Below are positions 20,897-31,164 of a stretch of 64,000 nucleotides of DNA, one piece after another. Both the position numbers and the translations under genes were made by a program. This DNA comes from Brevibacterium luteolum (GTDB lineage: Bacteria; Actinomycetota; Actinomycetes; Actinomycetales; Brevibacteriaceae), in the NCBI RefSeq assembly GCF_013004595.1, contig NZ_JABEMC010000006.1, positions 62,001 through 126,000 on the forward strand. Reading direction: 5' to 3'. How positions within the stretch are numbered: the stretch's first letter is position 1; each line of letters opens with the position of its first letter. The notes under the pieces are model-generated. The model saw only the letters and a list, made by a program, of their open reading frames with translations. It had not been told where the DNA came from and ran no database searches.

Positions 20897-21843
20897 ACCC
20901 GGTCCTCCTCCCCCGTTCCCGAGGCCGTGGGCGCCGGTCCCGAGGCCGTGGGAGCCGCGCCCGAGGCGGCCGGCGCCTGGACGCTGGTCGTCTCCGCCGC
21001 CTCGGCGATGGCGATGAAGTCGGTGATCGTCAGCGTCTCCCCACGTGCCCGCGGGTCGACGCCGGCTGCGGTGAGGATCTCCTCGGCGCGGGTGGGCGAG
21101 CCGGCCCAGCCGGACAGGGCTGAGCGCAGGGTCTTGCGGCGCTGGGCGAAGGCGGCGTCGATGCAGGAGAACACCGCCTGCTTCTCAGCGGTGTAGGGGT
21201 GTGCGTGACGGGTGATGCGCACGAGCCCGGAGTCAATGTTGGGGGCCGGCCAGAAGACGTTCTTGCCGATGGTGCCGGCCCGGGTGACGGTGCCGTACCA
21301 CTGGGCTTTGGCGCTGGGCACCCCGTAGGTGCGCGAGCCGGGGCCGGCGGCGAGCCGGTCGGCGACTTCGGCCTGGACCATGACGAGGACCGTGTCGATG
21401 GTGGGGAAGGCGGCGAGGAAGTGCAGCAGCACCGGCACGGCGACGTTGTAGGGCAGGTTCGCCACGAGCGCCTGCGGGCCAGGTGCCGCACTCCCGGCGG
21501 CATCGGGCAGGTGAGTGACGTGCAGGGCGTCTGCGGTGACGAGCGCGAAGTCGGCATCGGTGCCGTGGTGGGTCTCGATTGTGGCCGGCAACCGGGCGGC
21601 GAGTGCCGGGTCGACTTCGACGGCGGTGACGGCGTGGCCGGCTTCGAGCAGCGCGAGGGTCAGCGAGCCGAGTCCGGGTCCGATCTCGACGACCCGGCAG
21701 CGCTCGGGCAGCTCGGCGGCTGTGACGATCATGCGCACCGTGTTGGGGTCGATGACGAAGTTCTGCCCGCGCTGCTTGGTGGGGCGCAGGCCGATCTCGA
21801 CGGCGAGTGCCCGGATGTCGCGGGCACTGAGGAGGTTCGTCAC
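20893..21843 (-). CDS. rsmA: 16S rRNA m6,6A1518/1519 dimethyltransferase
   Basis: [35 protein letters not shown] start 21843, 7 nt after a TAGGGT -10. Confidence 0.95.
   Translation of the reverse strand: MTNLLSARDIRALAVEIGLRPTKQRGQNFVIDPNTVRMIVTAAELPERCRVVEIGPGLGSLTLALLEAGHAVTAVEVDPALAARLPATIETHHGTDADFALVTADALHVTHLPDAAGSAAPGPQALVANLPYNVAVPVLLHFLAAFPTIDTVLVMVQAEVADRLAAGPGSRTYGVPSAKAQWYGTVTRAGTIGKNVFWPAPNIDSGLVRITRHAHPYTAEKQAVFSCIDAAFAQRRKTLRSALSGWAGSPTRAEEILTAAGVDPRARGETLTITDFIAIAEAAETTSVQAPAASGAAPTASGPAPTASGTGEEDRV
20913..20975. repeat. 21-bp tandem repeat x3 in the RsmA C-terminal tail
   Basis: CCGnnCCCGAGGCsG-containing units at 20913, 20934 and 20955, encoding [21 protein letters not shown]. 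Confidence 0.8.
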
Positions 21844-21914
21844 GATTCTTACCCTAAACGACTCAGCGGCACTGTCCACCACCTCGGCCCAGGCCACCCG
21901 ATAGGGTGGCATCT

Positions 21915-23147
21915 ATGGATCCGCAGACGCTGGCCGCCGTGCTCGACCCCGAGGTGTACCGCCTGCTCGATGAGCTGGAGTACTCGCGTGCCGGTGAGCT
22001 CGCCCTCGCTGAGCGACTGCGCAGGCAGGGGCTGAGCGCTGAGGCCGCGACGGCGGTGCTCGCCCAGGCCGAGCTGCGGCAGGAGGCGGAGGCGAAGTTC
22101 GGGCCGTTCGCAGCCGATATGCTCTTCACCCGCCCTGGCCTGGAGCAGGCGACCCGTCTGCCGGTCGCGGCCCATCATGCCGCCCGGATGACCGCCGCGG
22201 GCGCGCAGGTCATCGCCGACCTGGGCTGCGGGATCGGCGCCGATGCGCTGGCCTTCGCTGGTCTCGGCGCCAGCGTTGAGGCTGTCGATGCCGATGAGGT
22301 GACGGCGGCGATCGCGGCATTCAACCTGCGGCACCTCGACACCGTCACCGTCTCCCACGCCCGCGCCGAGGACTACGATCTCTCCCGCGCCGATGCGCTC
22401 TGGCTCGACCCGGCCCGGCGCGACACCGCCTCGGGCAAGGCCAGCGGCGCCTCTCGCCTGAGCGATCCCGAGGCGTTCTCGCCGTCGCTGTCGTGGGCGT
22501 TCAAGGCCGCCGCCGAGGTAGCGGGTGCTGGGATCAAGCTCGGCCCGGCGCTGGATCATGGCCTGGTTCCCGACGGCTGGGAGGCGCAGTGGGTCTCGCA
22601 TGACGGTGATGTGGTCGAGGTGGCGCTGTATCACGGTGCGGTGTGCCAGCGGCCGGGCCGCAGCGCCCTCGTCATGCGCGACGGCGGGACCCTGGCCGTC
22701 CACGAGTCCGAGGTGCCGGCAGACGATGAGGAGGGCATCGGCGAGCTCGGTGCGTACCTCTTCGAACCCGATGGTGCGATCGTGCGCGCCGGTCTCGTGC
22801 GAGCGCTCTGCGCGCCGCTGGATGTGCGGCGGATCTCCGCCCCGATCGCGTATCTGACCGGGGACGCCCTGCCGGATGGAGCTGCCGCCCGGGCGGTGCG
22901 GGCCTGGCGGATCGCCGATGTGCTGCCGGCCGGCATCAAGCCGCTGCGCCGGGCGCTCATCGAACGCGGCATCAGCCGGGTCGTCATCAAGAAGCGCGGT
23001 GCTGATATCGCACCCGATCAGGTGCGCCGCCAGCTCAAGCTGCCCAAGGGCGGTCAGTCCGCCACTCTGTTCTTCACCCGGATCGGTGAGCAGCATGCGG
23101 TGCTGCTGGCCGATGACGTCGAGCTGGGTTCGGCGGCCGAGCCGTGA
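21915..23147 (+). CDS. Class I SAM-dependent methyltransferase with THUMP-like C-terminal domain
   Basis: LEQAT, ADLGCGIGAD, DPARR, IKLGP, EPDGAIVRAGL, IKKRG; ATG 21915. Confidence 0.8.
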   Translation: MDPQTLAAVLDPEVYRLLDELEYSRAGELALAERLRRQGLSAEAATAVLAQAELRQEAEAKFGPFAADMLFTRPGLEQATRLPVAAHHAARMTAAGAQVIADLGCGIGADALAFAGLGASVEAVDADEVTAAIAAFNLRHLDTVTVSHARAEDYDLSRADALWLDPARRDTASGKASGASRLSDPEAFSPSLSWAFKAAAEVAGAGIKLGPALDHGLVPDGWEAQWVSHDGDVVEVALYHGAVCQRPGRSALVMRDGGTLAVHESEVPADDEEGIGELGAYLFEPDGAIVRAGLVRALCAPLDVRRISAPIAYLTGDALPDGAAARAVRAWRIADVLPAGIKPLRRALIERGISRVVIKKRGADIAPDQVRRQLKLPKGGQSATLFFTRIGEQHAVLLADDVELGSAAEP

Positions 23148-23240
23148 CCTGCCCGCCGCACCGAGCCCGCCTGTGTCCTGTGCTCCCCTCCCCTGATCGC
23201 ATGTCCCTGACCAGAACTGTCCCCCAGCGAGAGGAATCCG

Positions 23241-24143
23241 ATGTCCCGCGCCGACCACCTCATCACCGTCGACCAGCTTGCTGCTGAGCGCATGTCCGCC
23301 TCGCCGCCGGTGCTGCTCGATGTCCGATGGAGCCTGCAGCAGCCCGATGGCTCCGGTGCATTCGCCGCCGGCCACATCCCCGGTGCACTCTACGTCTCCC
23401 TTGATGACGATCTGGCCGGGTCCAGCGATGACGCCCGCGAAGGCCGCCATCCGCTGCCGAGCCCGAGCCGGTTCGAGCAGACCGTCCGTTCGTGGGGAAT
23501 CGAGGCCGCCACCCCGGTTGTCGTCTACGACGCCGGCCCTGGCCTGGGTGCCGCCCGCGCCTGGTGGCTGCTGCGCTGGGCAGGTGTCGGCAATGTGCGC
23601 CTGCTCGACGGCGGCTACGCCGCGTGGACGCAAGCCGAGCGCGAGGTCGAGGCCGGGTCTGCTGAGCACGCCGCTGCCGAGGTGCCGGCCTCGGCCTTCG
23701 AGATTCGGCCCGGTCAGCTGCCGGTCACCGATGCCGATGGGATCGCCGAGCTCGCCGCTTCGGGCACGGTCATCGACGCTCGTGCCCCGGAGCGCTATGC
23801 CGGTGAGTCCGAGCCGATGGACTCGCGTGCCGGGCACATTCCCGGCGCCCTGTCAGCACCTGCGCCAGGCAACCTCTCCGATGGGATGTTCTTAGAAGAA
23901 GACGGGCTCAAGCAGCGTTTCGCCGCCCTCGGCATCGATGTCGAGGCCGGCAGCGGCGCCGGCGAGGGCGGTCAAGCGCCGGTGGGCGTGTACTGCGGTT
24001 CGGGTGTGACGGCGTGCCATAACGCACTGGCGCTGGCGACACTCGGCATTGACTCGGTGCTCTACGCACCGAGCTGGTCGGGCTGGTCATCGGATGCCGA
24101 GAGGCCGGCTGCCACCGGATTCGAGGAGCCCGTCGACAGCTGA
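23241..24143 (+). CDS. sseA: Two-domain rhodanese / 3-mercaptopyruvate sulfurtransferase
   Basis: GHIPGA x2, GRHPLP, ARAWWLL, DARAPERY, active site YCGSGVTA. Confidence 0.85.
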   Translation: MSRADHLITVDQLAAERMSASPPVLLDVRWSLQQPDGSGAFAAGHIPGALYVSLDDDLAGSSDDAREGRHPLPSPSRFEQTVRSWGIEAATPVVVYDAGPGLGAARAWWLLRWAGVGNVRLLDGGYAAWTQAEREVEAGSAEHAAAEVPASAFEIRPGQLPVTDADGIAELAASGTVIDARAPERYAGESEPMDSRAGHIPGALSAPAPGNLSDGMFLEEDGLKQRFAALGIDVEAGSGAGEGGQAPVGVYCGSGVTACHNALALATLGIDSVLYAPSWSGWSSDAERPAATGFEEPVDS

Positions 24144-24172
24144 GCGCCGCACTCGTTCGGGCCGACGCTCGT

Positions 24173-24844
24173 TCAGCCCGCTGGAGGCGTTGACTGCCAC
24201 ACGTCGCGCCATTTGGCGGCAAGCGTGTCGATGTTCTCGTGCGCGTTGAGGCCGCTGGGCTGCGGAACCACCCACAGCTGGGTGTCTTTCGGCCACCCGT
24301 CGATGAGTGTTGTGTCCTGTTTCCCGAGCACGGCTTTGGGCTGCCGGAACGCGGTGCGGAAGGCGGTGATCCCGGCGATCGCTGCGGCCTGCGGGCGTAG
24401 CGTCTGGATGCGGGTGACGAGTGTGGTGGCACCGGTTCGAAGCTCGTCTCGGTTCAGCTCATCGGCGCGGGCGGTGGCTCGGCCGACGATGTTCGTGATC
24501 CCGATGCCGCGCTCGATGAGGTGGCGTTCATCAGCGAGGTCGAGTCCGCGTGAGGCGTCGATGAGGTGATCGGTCAGCGCTGCGCGGTGCAGGGAGGGCC
24601 AGAACCGATTGCCGGGCCGGGCGAAGGGGGCGTTGACCGCAGCGGTCCACAGGCCGGGGTTGATGCCGATGATCAGCAGCCGCAGCGGCGGGTCGCCGGG
24701 CCCGGGCAGGACATCGTCGATCGAGTCCGGGTTGTCGGTGGCGAAGGCCGGCAGGTCGTCCTTCGTCGGTTTACGGCCGCCCATCGGTGAGGGTCGCCGT
24801 GACGATGACGCCTGCTGGACGGCCTGAGGATCCGGTCGGCTCAC
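24173..24844 (-). CDS. mug: Mismatch-specific uracil/thymine DNA glycosylase
   Basis: IGINPG, PFARPGNRFW, GITN, PQPSGLN; GTG start overlapping upstream stop (GTGA). Confidence 0.85.
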   Translation of the reverse strand: MSRPDPQAVQQASSSRRPSPMGGRKPTKDDLPAFATDNPDSIDDVLPGPGDPPLRLLIIGINPGLWTAAVNAPFARPGNRFWPSLHRAALTDHLIDASRGLDLADERHLIERGIGITNIVGRATARADELNRDELRTGATTLVTRIQTLRPQAAAIAGITAFRTAFRQPKAVLGKQDTTLIDGWPKDTQLWVVPQPSGLNAHENIDTLAAKWRDVWQSTPPAG

Positions 24845-25167
24845 CGTGGGCTGTCGGCCGGGGTGGGGGTCTGGCGCTGACGGCGCACAGCGTTCTCCTT
24901 CTGCGCATCGCGGTAGAAGGCGTAGAGGACTCCGGCCAGGACGACAGAGCCGAGGACGGCGAGGAAGCCGTAATCCTGCAGATAGGCCATCGTGTCCGGT
25001 GCCATCCATGCGTAGATGCCGGTGATCGCAAAGGAGACTGCGGTCAGGGTCGCCCAGATGAGGATGAAGTCGGACTTGTGACGCGGCCTCTGGGTGAAGA
25101 ACCGGGCGAGGCGACCCTTCTCTTTCGCGGTCTGCTGCCGCTCGGCCGAGTGGTGCGGGGCTGCCAT
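24841..25167 (-). CDS. Small 2-TM hypothetical membrane protein
   Basis: Two hydrophobic helices, GC3-biased codons, coupled to mug. Confidence 0.6.
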   Translation of the reverse strand: MAAPHHSAERQQTAKEKGRLARFFTQRPRHKSDFILIWATLTAVSFAITGIYAWMAPDTMAYLQDYGFLAVLGSVVLAGVLYAFYRDAQKENAVRRQRQTPTPADSPR

Positions 25168-25319
25168 GATGCCGTCACGTCCGTTCGCGGATTCGGGGCT
25201 GATCTGCCCGGGTCAGGCAGATCCTGGGGTTCTCCTCACTGTACTCCCCCGCTCCGTGGCTCTCAATGATTCGCGCTGGTCAGCGCTGCCGCCGGCCGGT
25301 CGTGTGGGCGGCTTTCGGC

Positions 25320-26984
25320 TCAGCTGCAGTCCGGCGGATTCACTCCCTCGACCTTCACCGGCAGGGAGCCAGTGGCCTCAAGGTCACCTGTCAGATAGCG
25401 GGCCACAGCGGTCATGCCCGGCTGCCAGTCGTCGTAGATCGCCAGCTGGGTACCGGATTCGTAGCCGTCGAGCTCCCACGGCCCGGACAGGGCGACGGCG
25501 ACATCGGCCTTCTTCGAGTTGCGAGCCTTGGCCTGCTTGACGGTCTCGGAGCCCAGCAGCGGACCGGGCACGAGCGCGACCGTCGTCTCTGCGCCGTCGG
25601 TGACGTTGAGTCCGGCTTCTTTCGCTGCCTCGGTGAAGGCTTTGACGCCCAGGTCGGAGCCGGTGACCGAGACCTCGTCGACGGGTTCGGCGAACCGGCA
25701 TTCACCGTTCATGACCGTCAGCGCGGCTTCGGCGAGTTGCTGGCGCTGGTCGTCCTCTGACTTTCCGGCATCGTCACCGGCATCGCCAGCTGTTGCGGTC
25801 TGCCACAGCTGGGCGGCCACCACCCGGGTGGCCGATTCCTCCAGGTCCGCACGCTTCAAGGTTCCGTCGCCCAGGGCGGTGCGCACCGCCTCGGCCGCGG
25901 CCGCGCTGTCCGGGGGCAGGAGCGCCAGGTCAGCGCCGGCGGCGAGCGCCTTGACGGTCTCCTGGCCGGGGCTGCCGGCCGTGACCGCGCCCATATTCAG
26001 GGCGTCGGTGACGATGAGCCCCTCGAAGCCGACGTCCTCGCGCAGCGCCTGGTAGGCCTTCGGATTGAGCGAGGCCGGCAGCGTCTCATCACCAGGCAGG
26101 GCAATGTGGCCGACCATCATCGAAGTCGCGACACCGGCCTCGGCGGCATCGGCGAAGGGCGCGAAATCGCGGTCGGCGAGCTCGTCGAGGGACTTCTGTG
26201 ACACCGGGAGCGTCTCGTGGGAGTCCTCGGTCAGCGCCCCGTGGCCGGGGAAGTGCTTGAGCGAGGAGATGATGCCGGCGTCGTCATAACCGGTGACAGC
26301 CGCCTCGACGACGGATGAGACGCGCTGCGGGTCGTCACCGGCGGACCGGACGCTGATGGCCGGATCGCCCTTGCCGACGGTGACGTCGGCGACGGGGGCG
26401 AAGTCGGTGGTGAAACCGAGTTCGATGAGATCACGACCCTGCAGAGCCGTGATCTGGCTGGTCAGCGCCGGATCGTCTGCCGCACCGTGGGCCATGAGCG
26501 GCGGCAGTTCGACGGCCGCGCTGCCAGCACGGGTGACCGGACCGCCCTCTTGGTCGACGCCGATCATCGTCTGCCAGCCGCGCTCACCGGAAGCTGTGCG
26601 GAACTGGTCGGTCATCGTCCTGAGCGTCTGCCGGTCGACGTCCTGCGGGAGGTTGTAGGGCATGACGATGACGCCGGCGAGCTTGTCATCGCGGATCAGC
26701 TTGGCCCCGGCTGCGGCATCGGTGCCGTCATAGGAGCCCATGATGACCGCCCCGGCCAGCGCCGTGTCGTCCATCTCGGCGACGATGCCCTTCGCCTCGT
26801 CGGTGAAGTCGGCAGGCCGGGCGTCGGGCTGGGCACTCGTCGTCGGCGAATTCGCCGCCGGGGTCTCAGCAGCCACAGGGCTGCTCTGCTCCTGGGGTCC
26901 GTCAGTTTCGCCACGGCTGCAGCCGGTGAGTGTGAGGGCGCCGGCGAGCAGTCCGGCGAGGACGATCGAAGAGGTGCGAGCCAT
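25320..26984 (-). CDS. Glycoside hydrolase family 3 lipoprotein (NagZ-like beta-N-acetylhexosaminidase)
   Basis: Lipobox LTGC; DQEGG, FAPVADV, KHFPGHG..DSH, TDALNM. Confidence 0.85.
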   Translation of the reverse strand: MARTSSIVLAGLLAGALTLTGCSRGETDGPQEQSSPVAAETPAANSPTTSAQPDARPADFTDEAKGIVAEMDDTALAGAVIMGSYDGTDAAAGAKLIRDDKLAGVIVMPYNLPQDVDRQTLRTMTDQFRTASGERGWQTMIGVDQEGGPVTRAGSAAVELPPLMAHGAADDPALTSQITALQGRDLIELGFTTDFAPVADVTVGKGDPAISVRSAGDDPQRVSSVVEAAVTGYDDAGIISSLKHFPGHGALTEDSHETLPVSQKSLDELADRDFAPFADAAEAGVATSMMVGHIALPGDETLPASLNPKAYQALREDVGFEGLIVTDALNMGAVTAGSPGQETVKALAAGADLALLPPDSAAAAEAVRTALGDGTLKRADLEESATRVVAAQLWQTATAGDAGDDAGKSEDDQRQQLAEAALTVMNGECRFAEPVDEVSVTGSDLGVKAFTEAAKEAGLNVTDGAETTVALVPGPLLGSETVKQAKARNSKKADVAVALSGPWELDGYESGTQLAIYDDWQPGMTAVARYLTGDLEATGSLPVKVEGVNPPDCS

Positions 26985-27067
26985 GAGGCCATCGTAACGG
27001 GCCCGAGGCGGCGACCGCCTCAGGAGCGGATGGGCAGGAAATGACAAGGGTTCTGTAGGATTTGCGC

Positions 27068-28201
27068 ATGGTTGATTTCGCGCGCTCTCCACGGTCGACC
27101 CTCGGCGTCGAATGGGAACTCGGGCTTGTCGATACGGCCTCGCTCGACCTCGTGCCGCGTGCCGGCGAGGTGCTCGCTGCCGTCGAGGAGCGCGCCGCGC
27201 TGCGTGGGCGGATCGTCGGGGAGATGCTGACGAACACCGTCGAGGCGGTCACCGGCGTGCACCGCACCGTCGCTCAGGCCAGTGCGGAGCTGGCCGAGAC
27301 GATCGGCCAGCTGCACGAGATCACCGAGCCGCTGGGCATCCGGGTGCTCTCAGCCGGCACCCACCCATTCGCCCGCTGGAAGGATCAGCAGGTCACCGAG
27401 GCCGAACGCTACGCCGAGCTCATCAACCGCACCCAGTGGTGGGGCCGGCACATGCTCATCTTCGGGCTGCATACGCATGTCGGGATCGATGACCGGGACA
27501 AGGTGCTGCCGATCCTGAATGCACTGCTGGCCTACGTGCCGCATCTGCAGGCGGTGAGTGCATCTTCGCCGTTCTGGTCCCGGCAGGACACGAGCTACGC
27601 CTCGAACCGGGCGATGATGTTCCAGCAGCTGCCGACGGCCGGGCTGCCGTATCAGTTCGATGCCTGGGCTGATTACGAGGCGTATACGCGCGACATGTTC
27701 ACCACCGGTATCATCGATGAGATCAACGAGATCCGCTGGGACATCCGCCCAGCGCCCAAGTGGGGCACGATCGAGGTGCGGGTCTGCGATGCGATGCCGA
27801 GCCTGCGCGAAGTCGCCGCTGTCACCGCGTTCGTCCAGTGCCTCGTCGATGACTTCTCCGCCCGTCTCGATGCCGGTGAGACGCTGCCGACGATGCCGGA
27901 TTGGTTCCATGTGGAGAACAAGTGGCGGGCGGCGCGCTATGCGATGGAGGCGATCATCATCGAAAACGCCGCCGCCGATGAGCGGCTCGTCACCGATGTC
28001 ATCGCCGATGAGGTCGCGCGCCTGCAGCCGGTGGCTGAGAGGCTCGGCTGTGTCGACGAGCTGGCCGACATGCTGCGGTTCGCTGAGACCGGGGCGAGCT
28101 ACCAGCGCCAGCGCGCGGAGTTCTACCGCACCGGCAAGCTGACCGCTGTGGCCCGCCAGCTGGCTGAGGAATTCGACGCCGGGGTGCACGGCAGGCTCTG
28201 A
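27068..28201 (+). CDS. ybdK: YbdK-family glutamate--cysteine ligase (GCS2)
   Basis: TLGVEWE, AGTHPF, FGLHTHVG, SASSPFW, WDIRP, TIEVRVCD, ENKWRAARY. Confidence 0.88.
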   Translation: MVDFARSPRSTLGVEWELGLVDTASLDLVPRAGEVLAAVEERAALRGRIVGEMLTNTVEAVTGVHRTVAQASAELAETIGQLHEITEPLGIRVLSAGTHPFARWKDQQVTEAERYAELINRTQWWGRHMLIFGLHTHVGIDDRDKVLPILNALLAYVPHLQAVSASSPFWSRQDTSYASNRAMMFQQLPTAGLPYQFDAWADYEAYTRDMFTTGIIDEINEIRWDIRPAPKWGTIEVRVCDAMPSLREVAAVTAFVQCLVDDFSARLDAGETLPTMPDWFHVENKWRAARYAMEAIIIENAAADERLVTDVIADEVARLQPVAERLGCVDELADMLRFAETGASYQRQRAEFYRTGKLTAVARQLAEEFDAGVHGRL

Positions 28202-28233
28202 CCGCGGGGCCGGGTCGCCGTTCCCGAGGCGCT

Positions 28234-28275
28234 CGCCGGCAGGTTTCCGCCCGCCGGCAGGTTTCCGGTCGCCGG
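28234..28275. repeat. 18-bp intergenic tandem repeat (~2.3 copies)
   Basis: CGCCGGCAGGTTTCCGnn at 28234 and 28252, partial copy at 28270. Confidence 0.75.
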
Positions 28276-28285
28276 GTGCCGTGTT

Positions 28286-28867
28286 TCAGTCGTCGAGCAC
28301 TGCGCGCAGCTGCGGCCAGGCGGCCGCGAAACCGGGGTGCAGCGGATAGTCGGCGACCTCGTCAAGGGGCACCCAGCGCAGGTCGAGGCTTTCGATATCG
28401 GCGATGAACGCCTCGAGGTGTTCGGTGGCTTCGGAGATGACGGTGGTGTACGACCAGCCGTCTTTGTCGACGACGTGCGTGTCGAGGATCTTGATGCCTG
28501 AGCCGTCGAGAGCCGGCACACCGGCTTCTTCATGGCATTCGCGGATCGCCCCGGCAGTCGGAGTCTCATCGGCGTCGATCGCCCCGCCGGGGATCCCCCA
28601 CGTGTCGCCGTGGGCTGACCAGGGCACTCGGTGCTGCAGCAGCACACCGCGTTCGCGGTCGTGGATGAGCAGTCCTGCGGCACCGAATCTGCCCCAGAAA
28701 CGTCCCTGCGGGGTTTCGATCCAGCCGTCACCGGACCGGCGGCGGGCGCGCAGCTCGTCGATCGGCGGCATGGACCGGCGCGCCTCGGCTGGGGTTGGCG
28801 CATCGGCTGGGCTCGGGTTGCTGTCTGGCGTCGGGGTCTCGTTGCGGTCAGGGTCGGATGTAGACAT
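28286..28867 (-). CDS. NUDIX hydrolase
   Basis: Nudix box [38 protein letters not shown]; start uncertain (28867 or 28771). Confidence 0.85.
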   Translation of the reverse strand: MSTSDPDRNETPTPDSNPSPADAPTPAEARRSMPPIDELRARRRSGDGWIETPQGRFWGRFGAAGLLIHDRERGVLLQHRVPWSAHGDTWGIPGGAIDADETPTAGAIRECHEEAGVPALDGSGIKILDTHVVDKDGWSYTTVISEATEHLEAFIADIESLDLRWVPLDEVADYPLHPGFAAAWPQLRAVLDD

Positions 28868-29993
28868 CGCGCACCTCCAGTGAGGAGAAGACTGCGAAGT
28901 CCTCTGGTGAGGGCGGCAGTCCGCGGGTGACGAGTTCGGCGCCGAGGGCGGCGACCATCGCACCGTTGTCGGTGCACAGCTTCAGCGGCGGGATCCGCAG
29001 GGTGACGCCGGCCTCGCTGCAGCGTTCGGCCAGGGTCTCGCGCAGCCGCCGGTTGGCCGCCACTCCCCCGCCGAGCATGACGTGGTCGATGCCGTGATCC
29101 TCACACGCGAGCAGCGTCTTGGTCACGAGCACGTCGACAACGGCTGTCTCGAAGGATGCGGTGACGTCGGCTAAGCGCAGGTCTGTCAACTGCCGGCTGG
29201 TCTCCCGGTTGCCGGCGGCGCGTGCGGCCTCGTAGGCGGTGACGAAGCGCAGGGCTGCGGTTTTGAGCCCGGAGAAGGAGAACGAGTAGCGGCGCTGAGG
29301 GTCGCGGAGGTCCTTGGCGGCGGAGAGTCCGCGCGGGAATTTCACGCTGGCCGGATCGCCCGGCTGGCCGGTGCCGTCGAGGATGCCGGCGGCGGCTTTC
29401 GAGATGTTCGGCCCGCCCGGATAGCTCAGGCCCAGCAGCCGAGCGGTTTTGTCGAAGGCCTCACCGGCGGCGTCGTCGATGGTGGCGCCGAGCAGTTCGA
29501 TGTCGTCGACAAGGTCGCCGATGCGCAGGATCTCGGTGTGCCCGCCGGAGACGAGCAGCGCGATCGACGGGGTCACCGGGCCCGAGGCGGTGGCTGGGTT
29601 CTGCAGATCGTCGGCGACGAGGTCGACGGCGATGTGGGCGGCTAGGTGGTTGATGCCGTAGAGGGGCAGCCTGGTGGCCGCTGCGAGGCCTTTGGCGGCG
29701 GCGACGCCGACCATGAGCGCTCCGGAGAGCCCGGGGCCTGCGGTCACGGCGATCGCATCGATGTCATCGAGGGTGACGCCTGCGTCGGTGAGCGCTTCGT
29801 CGATGGTCGGGCCGATGGCGTGGATGTGGGCGCGGGAGGCGACTTCGGGCACGACGCCGCCGAAGCGCACATGCTCGTCCATCGAGGAGGCGACGGTGTT
29901 CGTCAGCAGGGTGCGCCCGCGCACGATCCCGACGCCGGTTTCGTCGCAGGAGGATTCGATGCCGAGGACGAGCGGGCGGCCAGCAGCGCTCAT
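28848..29993 (-). CDS. tsaD: tRNA t6A37 threonylcarbamoyltransferase
   Basis: [59 protein letters not shown]. Confidence 0.96.
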   Translation of the reverse strand: MSAAGRPLVLGIESSCDETGVGIVRGRTLLTNTVASSMDEHVRFGGVVPEVASRAHIHAIGPTIDEALTDAGVTLDDIDAIAVTAGPGLSGALMVGVAAAKGLAAATRLPLYGINHLAAHIAVDLVADDLQNPATASGPVTPSIALLVSGGHTEILRIGDLVDDIELLGATIDDAAGEAFDKTARLLGLSYPGGPNISKAAAGILDGTGQPGDPASVKFPRGLSAAKDLRDPQRRYSFSFSGLKTAALRFVTAYEAARAAGNRETSRQLTDLRLADVTASFETAVVDVLVTKTLLACEDHGIDHVMLGGGVAANRRLRETLAERCSEAGVTLRIPPLKLCTDNGAMVAALGAELVTRGLPPSPEDFAVFSSLEVRDVYIRP

Positions 29994-30514
29994 CGGCTCG
30001 CCTCAGCGGCGTTGGCGCGGGCTTCATCTGTTAGGGCGGTGAAGGCCTCGGCGTGGACGTCAGGGTTGCCCTGGCGGTCCATCGGATGGCCGAGCTGTGC
30101 GGCCAGCAGCTCGAGGTGGGAGGGCCACAGTCCTTCGACCTGGCTGTCGATCGAATCGGCGGCGGCCGTGCAGTCGGGGTGTGGGCGGGTGACGATGACC
30201 TCGGTGGTGCTCTCGTCATCCTCGGCGGGCCGGAGGCTGAAGCCGGTGAGCCCGAAGTCGGCGAAGTCGAGCATGACATCGGATTCTTCGGCGCAGTGGA
30301 TGATCTCGGCGGTGAAGGTCTCGCCGTCGCCGGCGTCGAAGGTCAGTGTGTCGCCTGCCCGCGTGTACGGCGCGAACCACGCGCCACAGGCGGCAGGGTC
30401 TGCGATCTGTGCCCACACCTCGGCGGCGGTCACCGGCAGTGTCGTGCGGATGTCGAGGTCGACGCCGTCTTCCCAGGGCACGAGTGAGAAGCGCAGGACA
30501 GGCGAGGATGTCAT
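29990..30514 (-). CDS. SRPBCC/START-like (AHSA1-type) domain protein
   Basis: [26 protein letters not shown]-terminus and C-terminal W..HLELL helix. Confidence 0.6.
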   Translation of the reverse strand: MTSSPVLRFSLVPWEDGVDLDIRTTLPVTAAEVWAQIADPAACGAWFAPYTRAGDTLTFDAGDGETFTAEIIHCAEESDVMLDFADFGLTGFSLRPAEDDESTTEVIVTRPHPDCTAAADSIDSQVEGLWPSHLELLAAQLGHPMDRQGNPDVHAEAFTALTDEARANAAEASR

Positions 30515-30564
30515 GGCTTCAGGCTACCAATTCCGGGCCGCGCAGTTCGGTCAGTTGAGGAGTG

Positions 30565-31164
30565 TCACAGCAGTGCGCGCATGAGCACGGCGTCGGCGTC
30601 GCGGTAGTAGCCGGGGCGGCGGTCGAGTTCTACGAATCCGTCGGCGGCGTACATCGCCTGGGCCGCTATGTTGTCGGCGCGGACGTCGAGGTGGACGGCT
30701 TCGACGCCGTTGGCGCGGGCGTGGTCGAGCAGGGCGTCGAGCAGCCGGCGGCCGATCCCCTGCCGGCGGGCGTCCGGGTGGGAGGCGATCGTGAGGATGT
30801 CGGCCTGCGGGCCGGAAACGCTCAGGCCGGCGAAGCCGAGGAGTCCCGGGCTGGCGGCGTTGCCGGCAGCTGCGGCGTCGAGGACGATGAAGTGCCGGCC
30901 CGGGGCTGCCAGCTCCGACCAGAAGTAGGCCTCTGACCAGGCATCAGCGCCGAAGATCGCGGCGTCGAGGGCGGCGATGGGTGCGATGTCGAACCAGCGC
31001 ATCCGCCGGATCACTCCGGCGTCGGCACCTGTGGCCGCAGCGCCAGCGGCGGGGTTGGTTCCTGCGGCTGGGTCGGCTCCCGTCGCCTCGGCTTGTGCCT
31101 CAGCTTCTGCGGCAGGGCCGGTTCCTGCAGCGGGGTCAGCTCCTGCGGCGGGGTCGTCGCTCAT
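30565..31164 (-). CDS. rimI: RimI-like N-terminal acetyltransferase with repetitive N-extension
   Basis: DAWSE, ILTIASHPDARRQGIG, LDVRADN..AQAMY..GF..RPGYY; position after tsaB. Confidence 0.85.
   Translation of the reverse strand: MSDDPAAGADPAAGTGPAAEAEAQAEATGADPAAGTNPAAGAAATGADAGVIRRMRWFDIAPIAALDAAIFGADAWSEAYFWSELAAPGRHFIVLDAAAAGNAASPGLLGFAGLSVSGPQADILTIASHPDARRQGIGRRLLDALLDHARANGVEAVHLDVRADNIAAQAMYAADGFVELDRRPGYYRDADAVLMRALL

Noticed and set aside
21849..23837. 662-aa minus-strand ORF and many other long antisense or alternative-frame ORFs
   Set aside because: Shadow ORFs of well-supported genes in high-GC DNA; no motifs and typical Arg/Pro-rich or antisense composition.
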